Shown here: positions 55,294 to 64,000 of the stretch, in pieces | Numbering within the stretch: position 1 is the stretch's first letter | Layout of the letters: each line of letters begins with the position of its first letter | Position numbers and translations under genes: made by a program | The notes under the pieces: generated by a model | Told to the model about the DNA's origin: nothing | The model's input: the letters and a program-made list of their open reading frames with translations, nothing else | The model's database searches: none | Virus record (IMG/VR): IMGVR_UViG_3300020438_004435 | From: a virus | DNA length: 64,000 nucleotides | Strand: one strand, 5' to 3'

Positions 55294-56145
55294 TTATTCT
55301 CCTAATTCTTTTATCATTTCTATTACTGCAGGTTGTGGAGATACATCAAATTTATCCGGTCTGACATTTGTATGAGTCCATACGCCTTCAGCTCCTGCTA
55401 ATGCTTGTTTATTTAATTCAAATGCTTTACCTTTTAATGCTTCCTTATAGGAATCTATAGCATAATTTGTATTACTCGTTGATCCTCCTGCTAATCCATC
55501 CTCTGTTAATGCTTTACCATTACCACCAATGTATCCTTGAACATTAAGCCATTTTTGTTGACCAAGTGTATCCAATCCTTCTGGCATAATAGATGGTCCA
55601 TCTAATAACATTTTCATGCCTTTGGATAAATCTATATTAAAATCCTTACCTAATTTGGTAACCAGATCTTTGGTTGCTTGTATTTGTGCTGGAGTATATG
55701 CATGATAGTATCTGAATCCTCTAAATTCGTATCCAAGATCTACTACATCTGCTGCTGGTACCTTGCTATTTACATAAGTAAAATATTCGTCATCCTTCTT
55801 AGTAAGAGGCCCATAATTACAAATTTCTATACCAATACTTTCCTGATTTAGTTTTTTATTATTTCTAGCCTTTATTCCTAAATGGTGTGCCCACTTTTCT
55901 GGTGGATGGCATTCAACAACTACTCCATCAAAATCAGTGTTTGCGTTTCGAGTGGATTTACCACCTATTACATAAGCGGTTGCGATGTGACGAACTCCAC
56001 CTGAACCTGTTTTGTCTCTTTCCCATGAAGCTACTACCCAATCAGGTCTATGAGAACCTGCTGTATGATGTATGTAAATTGTCTTTTTAGTTACAACGTC
56101 GTGGTAATATTCTTCGTTTTCAAGATATTGTTTCTTTATATCCAT
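55294..56145 (-). CDS. N-acetylmuramoyl-L-alanine amidase (Amidase_2), putative endolysin
   Basis: IYIHHTAG, SIGIEIC, WTHTNVRPDKFDVSP. Confidence 0.85.
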   Translation of the reverse strand: MDIKKQYLENEEYYHDVVTKKTIYIHHTAGSHRPDWVVASWERDKTGSGGVRHIATAYVIGGKSTRNANTDFDGVVVECHPPEKWAHHLGIKARNNKKLNQESIGIEICNYGPLTKKDDEYFTYVNSKVPAADVVDLGYEFRGFRYYHAYTPAQIQATKDLVTKLGKDFNIDLSKGMKMLLDGPSIMPEGLDTLGQQKWLNVQGYIGGNGKALTEDGLAGGSTSNTNYAIDSYKEALKGKAFELNKQALAGAEGVWTHTNVRPDKFDVSPQPAVIEMIKELGE

Positions 56146-56224
56146 AAGTCTTCCTTATCTGTTTAGTATATAATGTATTTTCGCTATAAATAAATATCAA
56201 AAACCAATGAAAAACAGTCTTTTT

Positions 56225-56404
56225 TTATGGTTTTATAATGGTTATATCATCTAATGATACCCAAAATAACCTACCCATTTCATCAATTACTCGCGCTTTA
56301 TTATCACTTTCATTAATTTCATCTATTATAACGGATGATTGTTTATATAATGCTCCATTAACTGATATAATGGTTTTATTTATAATTGCTTTAGTTCTAT
56401 CCAT
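56225..56404 (-). CDS. small hypothetical protein (59 aa)
   Basis: Hand-translated MDRTKAIINKTIISVNGALYK...RVIDEMGRLFWVSLDDI. Confidence 0.6.
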   Translation of the reverse strand: MDRTKAIINKTIISVNGALYKQSSVIIDEINESDNKARVIDEMGRLFWVSLDDITIIKP

Positions 56405-56636
56405 TTGACCTCACTTTCAAATTTTTAATACGATCTAAAAATTCCGATATGGAAATGGTTTCATTTTTATCTGTACGTATCTCTATGTCGGGTAATTTAT
56501 CTGGTTCTCTATCTACTATCCTCATTAAAGCGGTTAATCCTTGATCACCCCAAAATACACCAAATCCATTATCAGATCCTATTGATAGATATTCATCCGG
56601 TCTATCTGGTTTAAGTAAAAAATATTCTATATTCAT
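56397..56636 (-). CDS. hypothetical protein
   Basis: ORF track. Confidence 0.65.
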   Translation of the reverse strand: MNIEYFLLKPDRPDEYLSIGSDNGFGVFWGDQGLTALMRIVDREPDKLPDIEIRTDKNETISISEFLDRIKNLKVRSNG

Positions 56637-57904
56637 TTTATTAAATCTACCATTTCTAAATCTTTTGCAGCTTCTAAAATTGAATGAAAATCAGTATCAC
56701 ATTTATTTGATATATCAATCAATGAATGTTCACCATCGGAATAATTTAATATCCATTTGTATAGTGATATCTTTCCATCTCTTTTACCTGCTCCCATTAA
56801 ATCATACAATCCTCTATTACCTAAATTAGGTTCGCATTTAGGATTTGTATTATAATACTTTTTATTATATTCCAAGTAAAATATAATTTCCTTTAATACA
56901 TCAAATGATTCATCCATTGATTCAATATCAATAAAATCTAAATTATCAGCTGATGTATGATATTCTTCAAACTCACCATAAGGTGTTCGTGTTAAACATC
57001 CTATAGGTAAATTAATACCTGGTGAACAATATTGCCTTTCATCACTTCCTAAGGGCGCAAATTCTCTTAATTTATGTGGAACATTAGCATCATCAAATAC
57101 CTTCTTCACTACACTATCTATCATGGTATTAGATTGGCGACTAGGTTTATATTGTAAAATGCCTTTATCACCAATGCATGTAGCTACTAAGCCACCTTTA
57201 ATATTATCAAATTTATTTTCATTCATTGATAACCACGTTATTGCTCCAATTGTTTCTGGTATGAATAAAAATCTATATGAATAATAGGTATCCTCGGTTG
57301 ATAATTCTTTTGCTATTGCTGATAGTAAAGCTGGTCCTGATAAATTATCATTAGCCATTGATGGATGACAAATATATGAACTTAATAATATTTCATCCTT
57401 TACCTTACCTGGCTTGTATAATTCACCATATGTCAAATGCCCATCAGTTAATGATGAATCAATAACTATATGATATACTCCATTATTTGTTATACCATTA
57501 AGAATTTCTATTTCCTCCAGATTATTATGTGATATACAAAACCCCCAATCTTCATTATAATATGATGTTCTATAAGGAATTAAATCAGGTTTATCAGGAA
57601 TGGTATGAATAGACTTTTTCAATTCATTCCAATCCATTGTACAATTTACTGGTATACTATAATTTACTAAATGCAAATTATTTATTTTGAAATCAATTAT
57701 TCTATTTCCCTGATTATCTTTTACGTATGCATCCTTTATATTCCATTCTTTAGGAATCTTCCAATCATATACTTGGGTTCCTGATGGTATTTCAATAATA
57801 TCAAGATCAGGAATATATTCCTTTATAATATTTAAGGATTCTCTAACTCCATTACCTGTAATACTTCTACATATTGGAAATAATTTTTTAATTAATTCTA
57901 TCAT
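56633..57904 (-). CDS. DUF4910 aminopeptidase-like protein of polysaccharide loci
   Basis: LFPICRSITGNGVR, WKIPKEWNI, PYRTSYY..WGFC, ICHPSMANDNLSG, GSDERQYCSPG. Confidence 0.85.
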   Translation of the reverse strand: MIELIKKLFPICRSITGNGVRESLNIIKEYIPDLDIIEIPSGTQVYDWKIPKEWNIKDAYVKDNQGNRIIDFKINNLHLVNYSIPVNCTMDWNELKKSIHTIPDKPDLIPYRTSYYNEDWGFCISHNNLEEIEILNGITNNGVYHIVIDSSLTDGHLTYGELYKPGKVKDEILLSSYICHPSMANDNLSGPALLSAIAKELSTEDTYYSYRFLFIPETIGAITWLSMNENKFDNIKGGLVATCIGDKGILQYKPSRQSNTMIDSVVKKVFDDANVPHKLREFAPLGSDERQYCSPGINLPIGCLTRTPYGEFEEYHTSADNLDFIDIESMDESFDVLKEIIFYLEYNKKYYNTNPKCEPNLGNRGLYDLMGAGKRDGKISLYKWILNYSDGEHSLIDISNKCDTDFHSILEAAKDLEMVDLIK

Positions 57905-58560
57905 TGTTTTTCAAATATCAAATCCATACTGTTTTTCCAAAAGGGAAATTTAGTATTCATTCCTAATATTTTAAGTAAAAATTTAATATGATCCAATAAC
58001 GGATTACTATATGGCGATTTAATATATGGATATCTTTTTTCAACCAATTTGAAACCTATATTCTCCATTGCATTAATAAGCCACTTATCACTAGGAATAT
58101 AATAATTTGTTGAAGGAAAGTCTAAAAATGGTAGTGTATTCCATAATTTGAAATAAATACTACTAGAATTAGGAGTTGCTAAAAATGCTACCTTGCCTCC
58201 TTTTTTTAATGATGTATATGTTTTTTTAAGATATAAAAAAGGAGTATCTATATGTTGTATAGTACCTCTATATGTTATAATATCAAAATAATTTCTTGAA
58301 TTAAAAATATCTTTTGTAAATTTAATTCCAATCTTCTTTGCCTTGGTCTTTGCATATCTGGATATTTCCATTCCATAACAAGGACCATCCCAATCAAAAG
58401 CTTCAATCATTTCACCAGTAGAACATCCTATATCTAATAATCTTCCTGATGAAACATGATTTTTAATAAATTTAGATTCGGAGTTAAATGCTTTTACTCT
58501 TTTACTATCATTCAAAAATCTATTATTAAAATAACCTCTATCAAATACTTTCTTATTCAT
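57901..58560 (-). CDS. class I SAM-dependent methyltransferase
   Basis: LLDIGCSTG, GMEIS, FDIIT...IQH. Confidence 0.85.
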   Translation of the reverse strand: MNKKVFDRGYFNNRFLNDSKRVKAFNSESKFIKNHVSSGRLLDIGCSTGEMIEAFDWDGPCYGMEISRYAKTKAKKIGIKFTKDIFNSRNYFDIITYRGTIQHIDTPFLYLKKTYTSLKKGGKVAFLATPNSSSIYFKLWNTLPFLDFPSTNYYIPSDKWLINAMENIGFKLVEKRYPYIKSPYSNPLLDHIKFLLKILGMNTKFPFWKNSMDLIFEKQ

Positions 58561-59416
58561 CGATTATTGCTCTACCTTTTAATTGTTCCCAATCCTTTTC
58601 AGGTCTAACATTAAGATTTGTATTCCATGCGCCTTTAAGTGTATTTAATTCTACACCCAATTCATCTCCAAATTGTAATAATGCCTGAACATCTTTAGGA
58701 AAACAGCTGCCACCAAATCCTCTCCTACCATCTGGACCAGGCACTGCTAAATGCGAATGACCTATTCTACCATCACCTACAAATCCATCTATAGCAGTAT
58801 CCCATTCTACTCCACATTTGCCTGCTATATCATACATTTCATTCATAAAAGATACTTTTGTTGCAAAGAAGCAATTATTCATATACTTAATCATTTCTGC
58901 AGTTTGGGTATTTGTTTCTATAATTGATAATGCTTCACCAAATCTTGCTCTATATAAATTAGCTACTTTCTCGGTTGCATCCATATGACCACCTAATATA
59001 ACCCTTGCTTGATTTATAAAATCAAATTTAGCTGATCTTTCTGTTAAAAATTCAGGATTAAATACCAATGATAAATTAGGAAATTTAGCTTGAAGGCCTT
59101 TAGTTGTTCCTGGAGTTACCGTTGAACGAATTAGTATTACATTATCTCTTCCATTATGTACTGAATCAATATCCGATAATACTGATTCCAATATCCCTAT
59201 ATGTATACTACCATCTAAATTAGAAGGAGTTGGAACAGATAAAAATATAATATCGGATTTATTAATTGTTTCATCCAATGTATTTAATGATTTACTTTCA
59301 TCTTTATCATAAACCCTAACCGTAGCATCACAACCTGTCTGTGATCCAAAACCAAATCTTACTGCTGCTCCTACGAAGCCATTGCCTATTACACCTATAC
59401 TTGTATCTAATTTCAT
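58553..59416 (-). CDS. UDP-glucose/GDP-mannose dehydrogenase family (short form)
   Basis: GxGxxG, IRSTV.PG, FNPEFL, KY..N, GFGGSCFPKD. Confidence 0.9.
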   Translation of the reverse strand: MKLDTSIGVIGNGFVGAAVRFGFGSQTGCDATVRVYDKDESKSLNTLDETINKSDIIFLSVPTPSNLDGSIHIGILESVLSDIDSVHNGRDNVILIRSTVTPGTTKGLQAKFPNLSLVFNPEFLTERSAKFDFINQARVILGGHMDATEKVANLYRARFGEALSIIETNTQTAEMIKYMNNCFFATKVSFMNEMYDIAGKCGVEWDTAIDGFVGDGRIGHSHLAVPGPDGRRGFGGSCFPKDVQALLQFGDELGVELNTLKGAWNTNLNVRPEKDWEQLKGRAIIDE

Positions 59417-60321
59417 ATTCCTAATTCCCTTTTATATTCTGGCATCCAATCTTCTATCTTTTGCGTTGGTTCCCAATTTAATAACTCTTTTCCTTTTTTA
59501 ATATCAGCCAATGTTTCTTTTGGCTCTACTCTTGATTGTATATTAATCCTTCTACCACCTATCATTTCCGCAATTTGATTAACCGATCTATTATCTCCAT
59601 TGCCAACATTAATTACTTCACCTGATCCTACCTTATCACTAGTGGCTGCAGCTATATTTGCGTTGACTACATCTCCTACATATGTAAAGTCTCTTCTCTG
59701 TTCGCCATCACCAACTATTGTTAAATGTTCACCTGCTAATCTCTGTTTTGCAAATATACCCATCACTAAACAATATCCTCCATCTATATTTTGCCTTTCT
59801 CCATATACATTAAAATATCTTAAATTTACCGTTTCCAATCCATATTGAGTAGTAAATAATTTACAATACTCTTCACCCATTAATTTTGATAAACCATAAG
59901 GACTCATTGGATTTGTTGGCATTGATTCTACTAATGGCATGATATCTGATTCACCATAAGCTGAACTACTAGCACTGTATACAAAGCGTTTTACGCCTAC
60001 TTTAACGCTCGCTACGAGCATATTTAATGTTCCTGTTACATTTACTCGATGGTATAAACTTGGATTTTTTATTGATGGTTGAACACGAGTTCTTGATGCA
60101 ACATGAAATACTGTATCCACTCCAACCATAAATTTAGCTAATGTTCTAGGTCCCATGGTACTAATATCTATTTTATGGAAATGTGCTTGTGGATTAATAT
60201 TATCCTTTGAACCCATCGACATATCATCAAATATATGAACCTCCTTACCTTGTTCTATTAATTTATCAACCAAATGTGATCCTATAAATCCTGCTCCTCC
60301 CGTAACTACTACTTTTTCCAT
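59413..60321 (-). CDS. NAD-dependent nucleotide-sugar epimerase/dehydratase
   Basis: VTGGAGFIGSH, YxxxK (YGLSK), RYFNVYG, RDFTYV. Confidence 0.92.
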   Translation of the reverse strand: MEKVVVTGGAGFIGSHLVDKLIEQGKEVHIFDDMSMGSKDNINPQAHFHKIDISTMGPRTLAKFMVGVDTVFHVASRTRVQPSIKNPSLYHRVNVTGTLNMLVASVKVGVKRFVYSASSSAYGESDIMPLVESMPTNPMSPYGLSKLMGEEYCKLFTTQYGLETVNLRYFNVYGERQNIDGGYCLVMGIFAKQRLAGEHLTIVGDGEQRRDFTYVGDVVNANIAAATSDKVGSGEVINVGNGDNRSVNQIAEMIGGRRINIQSRVEPKETLADIKKGKELLNWEPTQKIEDWMPEYKRELGI

Positions 60322-60322
60322 A

Positions 60323-61003
60323 TTAACCCTTTATTAATTTTTTATCGTATTTTTCTACTTCTATTGCATTATGTGTTCTATTAGTATCATGTATCCTATA
60401 TTTGTATAATGGTACTGGTAGATTATATAATGTATAACCTTCATCCTTATATCTTTGTAATAAATTATGACCTTCCCTCATTTTGAAATTTTCATCATAA
60501 AATCCTACATTGCATAATGATTCATATGTAAACATTATTCCACATGCAACAGGATCGCGTTCCCAATTATGTCTACTAATTACTGATCCTGTTTTGCTTA
60601 CCTTAAAATAATCACAAGCAACTGCTTGATAATCGGTATCGATATTATCCGCCTTTGGACTTGCTGCAAGATTTTGATCTAGGAATGTAGAAAGCATATA
60701 TAAAAAATCACTAGAAACATAATCATCACAATCTACCCTTACAAAATATTTACCTAATGCTGATTTTAATATCTTATTTAATGAGCCTGGTAATCCTATA
60801 TTAGATGCATTATTAATAATTCTAATATTGAGATGTTCCTTAAATGTATCACATATACAATCCAATCTTTCTGTAGGATCATCATTTACTATTACTACCT
60901 CAAATGTTGATTTATCAATTGTTTGATCACATAAGCTTCTTAGACATCTATGTAACCACTCTCCTTGCTTATAGCAACATATTCCTACTGTTATCTTAAA
61001 CAT
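60323..61003 (-). CDS. glycosyltransferase family 2
   Basis: CLRSL..Q, VVIVNDD, N.GL...N, RVDCDD. Confidence 0.85.
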   Translation of the reverse strand: MFKITVGICCYKQGEWLHRCLRSLCDQTIDKSTFEVVIVNDDPTERLDCICDTFKEHLNIRIINNASNIGLPGSLNKILKSALGKYFVRVDCDDYVSSDFLYMLSTFLDQNLAASPKADNIDTDYQAVACDYFKVSKTGSVISRHNWERDPVACGIMFTYESLCNVGFYDENFKMREGHNLLQRYKDEGYTLYNLPVPLYKYRIHDTNRTHNAIEVEKYDKKLIKG

Positions 61004-61920
61004 TCTAATATTCCCTTTAAGGCTTTGGTTTGGCTTTCTAATGTTGCTCCTGCTACATGAGGTGTAATAATTAAATTTTCATACTTTCTATAGATATCCA
61101 TAAGACTAGAGGTTTGCAAATCGTTTTGCTTTTGTTCTCCTTGTAATACATCTGTTGCAAATATAATTTTTCTTCTTTTAACTAAATCTATAATATCATG
61201 CTCATTAACAACCTCACCTCTAGACGTATTTACTACAATTAAATTATCCTTTAATCCTTCTAAAAATTTTCCATCTATCATATTAGTGGTTTCTTCAGTA
61301 AGATAACAATTTATAGAAATAGCATCTGGATTGATTTCCTTTAATTCATCTATTGAATGTATTCTTTCATTTTGCAATTTAACATCAAAGAATTCCGAAT
61401 CAATATATGGATCATACCATTTAATATTCATACCAAATGCTTCTGCATAATTATATATCTTTTTTCCTATTCTACCATAACCAATTATTACTAATGTCTT
61501 ACCATATAATTCATTAGATCTTAAATATTGTTCATTGGATGATTCTCTCCATGATTGAATATGTAGTGGATCAATTGCTGTACTAAATTTTCTAAATGCA
61601 TTCATTATATGTAACCAAGTATATTCTGCTGATGCATGTATTGTATCCAATACTTTTCTATTATCTAATAAGCATCTATATGATATTGAATTATCATCTA
61701 ACCACTTTGTATTAAAATGATTGATACCTGTAGAAGGAGATAATACCCATTTCAAATTAGGAAAATTTACAAAATATTCTGCATCATAATATTTATCCGT
61801 TCCAGGATTTAATATTATACATTCTGTCTCTATAGAATTTTTACTATAAGATAAATTATACTCCTTTAATATTGGATCCATATCAATAAAATCAATTGGA
61901 CATTCAAAACGACATTTCAT
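60991..61920 (-). CDS. D-isomer-specific 2-hydroxyacid dehydrogenase (SerA-like)
   Basis: IIGYGRIG, NTSRGEVV, DV...E, TPHVAG. Confidence 0.88.
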   Translation of the reverse strand: MKCRFECPIDFIDMDPILKEYNLSYSKNSIETECIILNPGTDKYYDAEYFVNFPNLKWVLSPSTGINHFNTKWLDDNSISYRCLLDNRKVLDTIHASAEYTWLHIMNAFRKFSTAIDPLHIQSWRESSNEQYLRSNELYGKTLVIIGYGRIGKKIYNYAEAFGMNIKWYDPYIDSEFFDVKLQNERIHSIDELKEINPDAISINCYLTEETTNMIDGKFLEGLKDNLIVVNTSRGEVVNEHDIIDLVKRRKIIFATDVLQGEQKQNDLQTSSLMDIYRKYENLIITPHVAGATLESQTKALKGILECLR

Positions 61921-61921
61921 A

Positions 61922-62674
61922 TTATTTCCCTTTTATTATTATTTCTGCTAACCTTAAATCATTCATGGTATCAATATTAATCGATGCATCATCCTCCATG
62001 ATATATGCTATGCAATTTTTACCATGTCTTGAAAAATCCTCTACTATACAATCCCTGGTCATTCCATATATCGCACCATTTCTAATATAACATGGTTCCA
62101 GATCTTGTCTTCTACTACCTTCTCCTTCTGGAAATTCTTTACAGAAGTCTTGTAAGCAACCATCCACAATCCTTTTCATTCTTACAGGATGCTTATCTTG
62201 CATCATTGCTACTGAGGTTACACTATCTGATTGGCCCTTTATCATATTATCAAATGCTTCTAATATATGATCAGACGATCTAAGGGGTGATACACAAGGC
62301 AATTCAATAACATAATCATATTTTATATTATTTATTTTTTCCATCTCCTTGACAGCATGTTGCAGTGCATCTCTAGACCATACTGTATCTCCTGATAATT
62401 CATCAGGTCTCATAAATGGAACATTTGCTCCATATGTTTTTGATACTTCTGCTATCTCCTCGCAATCAGTACTTACAATATAATCTGTAAATAATTTAGC
62501 TCCTAATGCTGCTTTGATTGTATATGCGATAAGTGGAGTACCATTTACGTCATAAATATTTTTCTTTGGTATTCCTTTAGAACCTCCTCTTGCAAGAGTA
62601 ACTCCTAATACCTTATAATTAAATGCATTTGATGTATTCATATTATATCTCATTAGCTTTAATAAGTGTATCAA
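61922..62674 (-). CDS. neuA: CMP-nonulosonic acid synthetase (acylneuraminate cytidylyltransferase)
   Basis: LARGGSKGIPKKNI, VSTD, PFMRP..L, SPLR, NGAIY, INIDT..D. Confidence 0.9.
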   Translation of the reverse strand: MIHLLKLMRYNMNTSNAFNYKVLGVTLARGGSKGIPKKNIYDVNGTPLIAYTIKAALGAKLFTDYIVSTDCEEIAEVSKTYGANVPFMRPDELSGDTVWSRDALQHAVKEMEKINNIKYDYVIELPCVSPLRSSDHILEAFDNMIKGQSDSVTSVAMMQDKHPVRMKRIVDGCLQDFCKEFPEGEGSRRQDLEPCYIRNGAIYGMTRDCIVEDFSRHGKNCIAYIMEDDASINIDTMNDLRLAEIIIKGK

Positions 62675-63377
62675 CCATTTTTAATTGATCACCATATTCT
62701 CTTAATATTTTCAGCTCCTCCAAATTCATTGAACCTATATGATCATTACCATCCATACCTTTATTTAATGTAAAATGTTTTTCTATGATTCTTGCTCCTT
62801 TTGATATATTATATAAAGCATATCCTATTCCACATGCATGATCGCTATACCCTGTAACCTTATTATCATACTTAAAATTCTTATAATCAGAATACATTGT
62901 AGGATACTTTGATATGCAATTTAACAATGTAACATTATCCTCATCCTGAAATGGCAATACCATATCTGGATGGGTCATCATACCTAATGATGCTATAACA
63001 GGTTTACCAGTTGCAATTATTTCATCTATTAAATGAGTATCGGCTTTATTTAGACCATATCGAGCTACCGTGCGACTTGCTATCTTATAAGTCTTCATAT
63101 TTAATTGTTCGCACCACCTAAATCTTTCAATATCAAATACTGATGTCATAAATTCAATGCCGTATACATCACACATCTCTGCTACCATTGATAATTCCTT
63201 TTGGCTAAATTCGTTATGTGCTCTTGAATCATCTCCAAAAACGGTTTTAGAATTATACACTTGAAATTTTGCATAATCAGCTCCACCAGCTTTTGATTGT
63301 CTTATTAATTCCTCTATCCTTCTAAAATCTCCATTATGATTAATTCCAATTTCTGATATAATATTTAATTTGTCCAT
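62643..63377 (-). CDS. neuB: nonulosonic acid (N-acetylneuraminate-type) synthase, no C-terminal SAF domain
   Basis: ISEIGINHNGD, AKFQ, KIAS, GYSDH, IIEKHFTL...DH. Confidence 0.9.
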   Translation of the reverse strand: MDKLNIISEIGINHNGDFRRIEELIRQSKAGGADYAKFQVYNSKTVFGDDSRAHNEFSQKELSMVAEMCDVYGIEFMTSVFDIERFRWCEQLNMKTYKIASRTVARYGLNKADTHLIDEIIATGKPVIASLGMMTHPDMVLPFQDEDNVTLLNCISKYPTMYSDYKNFKYDNKVTGYSDHACGIGYALYNISKGARIIEKHFTLNKGMDGNDHIGSMNLEELKILREYGDQLKMVDTLIKANEI

Positions 63378-63400
63378 TGTATTCCTCTTTTTATTATAAT

Positions 63401-63430
63401 ATAATATACAAAAATTTTATCATATATCAA
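63401..63430 (-). promoter_or_regulatory. Bacteroidota-type promoter for the neuB operon
   Basis: TTGA-N18/19-TATATTAT, same spacing class as the other copies. Confidence 0.5.
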
Positions 63431-64000
63431 AACTTTTTAATGGTCCATTTTCACAATTATGATAATATGTATCATATATTAAGGTATCTTTATATCTGTC
63501 TGCTACAGTTTCAAATGTAGAACGATCTTCTCTATCCCAGCCCCATGTTTCTTTCCAATATATTAAATGAGGTCCATAATCACCAAAATGTTTACTGTCT
63601 CCTTGTTTTGCTGCTCTGGCTGATTTAACTGGGACATTAGCTTGTTCTTTAAGGTGTTGATCATGCCATACTACGAAATCTGGTAATACTATATTATGTA
63701 TATTCTTATTTAGGTACTGCATTGCTATATCATCATGTGCACAAAATAAATGATATTTATTAGATACTTTAATATGTTCCTTAAATAATTTTACATTCAT
63801 CATCAATAACATATCTACAGGAGCGTCTATTGAACAAGGTTTACCCCATACATTCCAATCCATTTTCATATCCGTAGATCTAAACCATCCACCTCTACCT
63901 GGTAAATCCATTAGTGGTGCTCTACCTATTATACCACATACTCCTCCAACAACTTGAGAAGGATTTGTAATACCATTTTGTGGACCCATTATATTAAATC
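63420..64000 (-). CDS. glycosyltransferase-like protein, 5'-truncated by window edge
   Basis: Frame open past 64000; HLFCAHDDIAMQY...H resembles a GT2 C-terminus; in sugar cluster. Confidence 0.55.
   Translation of the reverse strand, partial: FNIMGPQNGITNPSQVVGGVCGIIGRAPLMDLPGRGGWFRSTDMKMDWNVWGKPCSIDAPVDMLLMMNVKLFKEHIKVSNKYHLFCAHDDIAMQYLNKNIHNIVLPDFVVWHDQHLKEQANVPVKSARAAKQGDSKHFGDYGPHLIYWKETWGWDREDRSTFETVADRYKDTLIYDTYYHNCENGPLKSFDI

Noticed and set aside
2046-62283. All plus-strand ORFs in the track (for example 2046..2273, 11403..11783, 33770..34267, 37504..37911, 41763..42164)
   Set aside because: Each lies antisense to a longer or recognisable minus-strand gene and has no family motifs; treated as shadow ORFs
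1-64000. Alternative genetic code (stop-codon recoding, seen in some Bacteroidota phages)
   Set aside because: Conserved enzymes are full length under code 11, and TAG and TGA act as real stops with tight gene packing

Overview
An AT-rich (roughly 30% GC by eye), densely coding 64-kb segment with every credible gene on the minus strand. It is best explained as part of a large (jumbo, T4-like) phage of a marine Bacteroidota-type host. Evidence for a phage: gp55-like sigma factor, ClpP, Hsp20, MoxR/vWA pair, NT5C, HNH, SNase, amidase, M23 peptidase and tail-fibre-like proteins. Evidence for the host group: Bacteroidota-type TTG-N19/20-TAnnTTT promoters, T9SS sorting domains, an Hc1-type histone and a GE...AA tmRNA tag. 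No capsid, portal, terminase or prohead protease gene is in the window, so the phage assignment is inferred. Main points: (1) a circularly permuted two-piece tmRNA (tag GEQVEMAMAA) hidden under a mis-started ORF; (2) about 10 proteins sharing an N-terminal M(I)KLK(D/E)(I/L)LxE leader, plus internal LxE linkers that look like capsid-targeting and prohead-protease sites, including a 628-aa apparent polyprotein and an Ntn hydrolase whose catalytic Cys follows LNE; (3) host-envelope cargo: a 1706-aa T9SS repeat protein, a TonB-dependent receptor, beta-barrels, lipoproteins and a type-B T9SS operon; (4) two candidate structured ncRNAs and two long-range inverted repeats flanking the hsp20 and omp genes; (5) auxiliary metabolism: glutamine synthetase II, a sulfotransferase and a nonulosonic acid (NeuA/NeuB) glycosylation cluster. 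All family calls come from motif recognition, not database searches.
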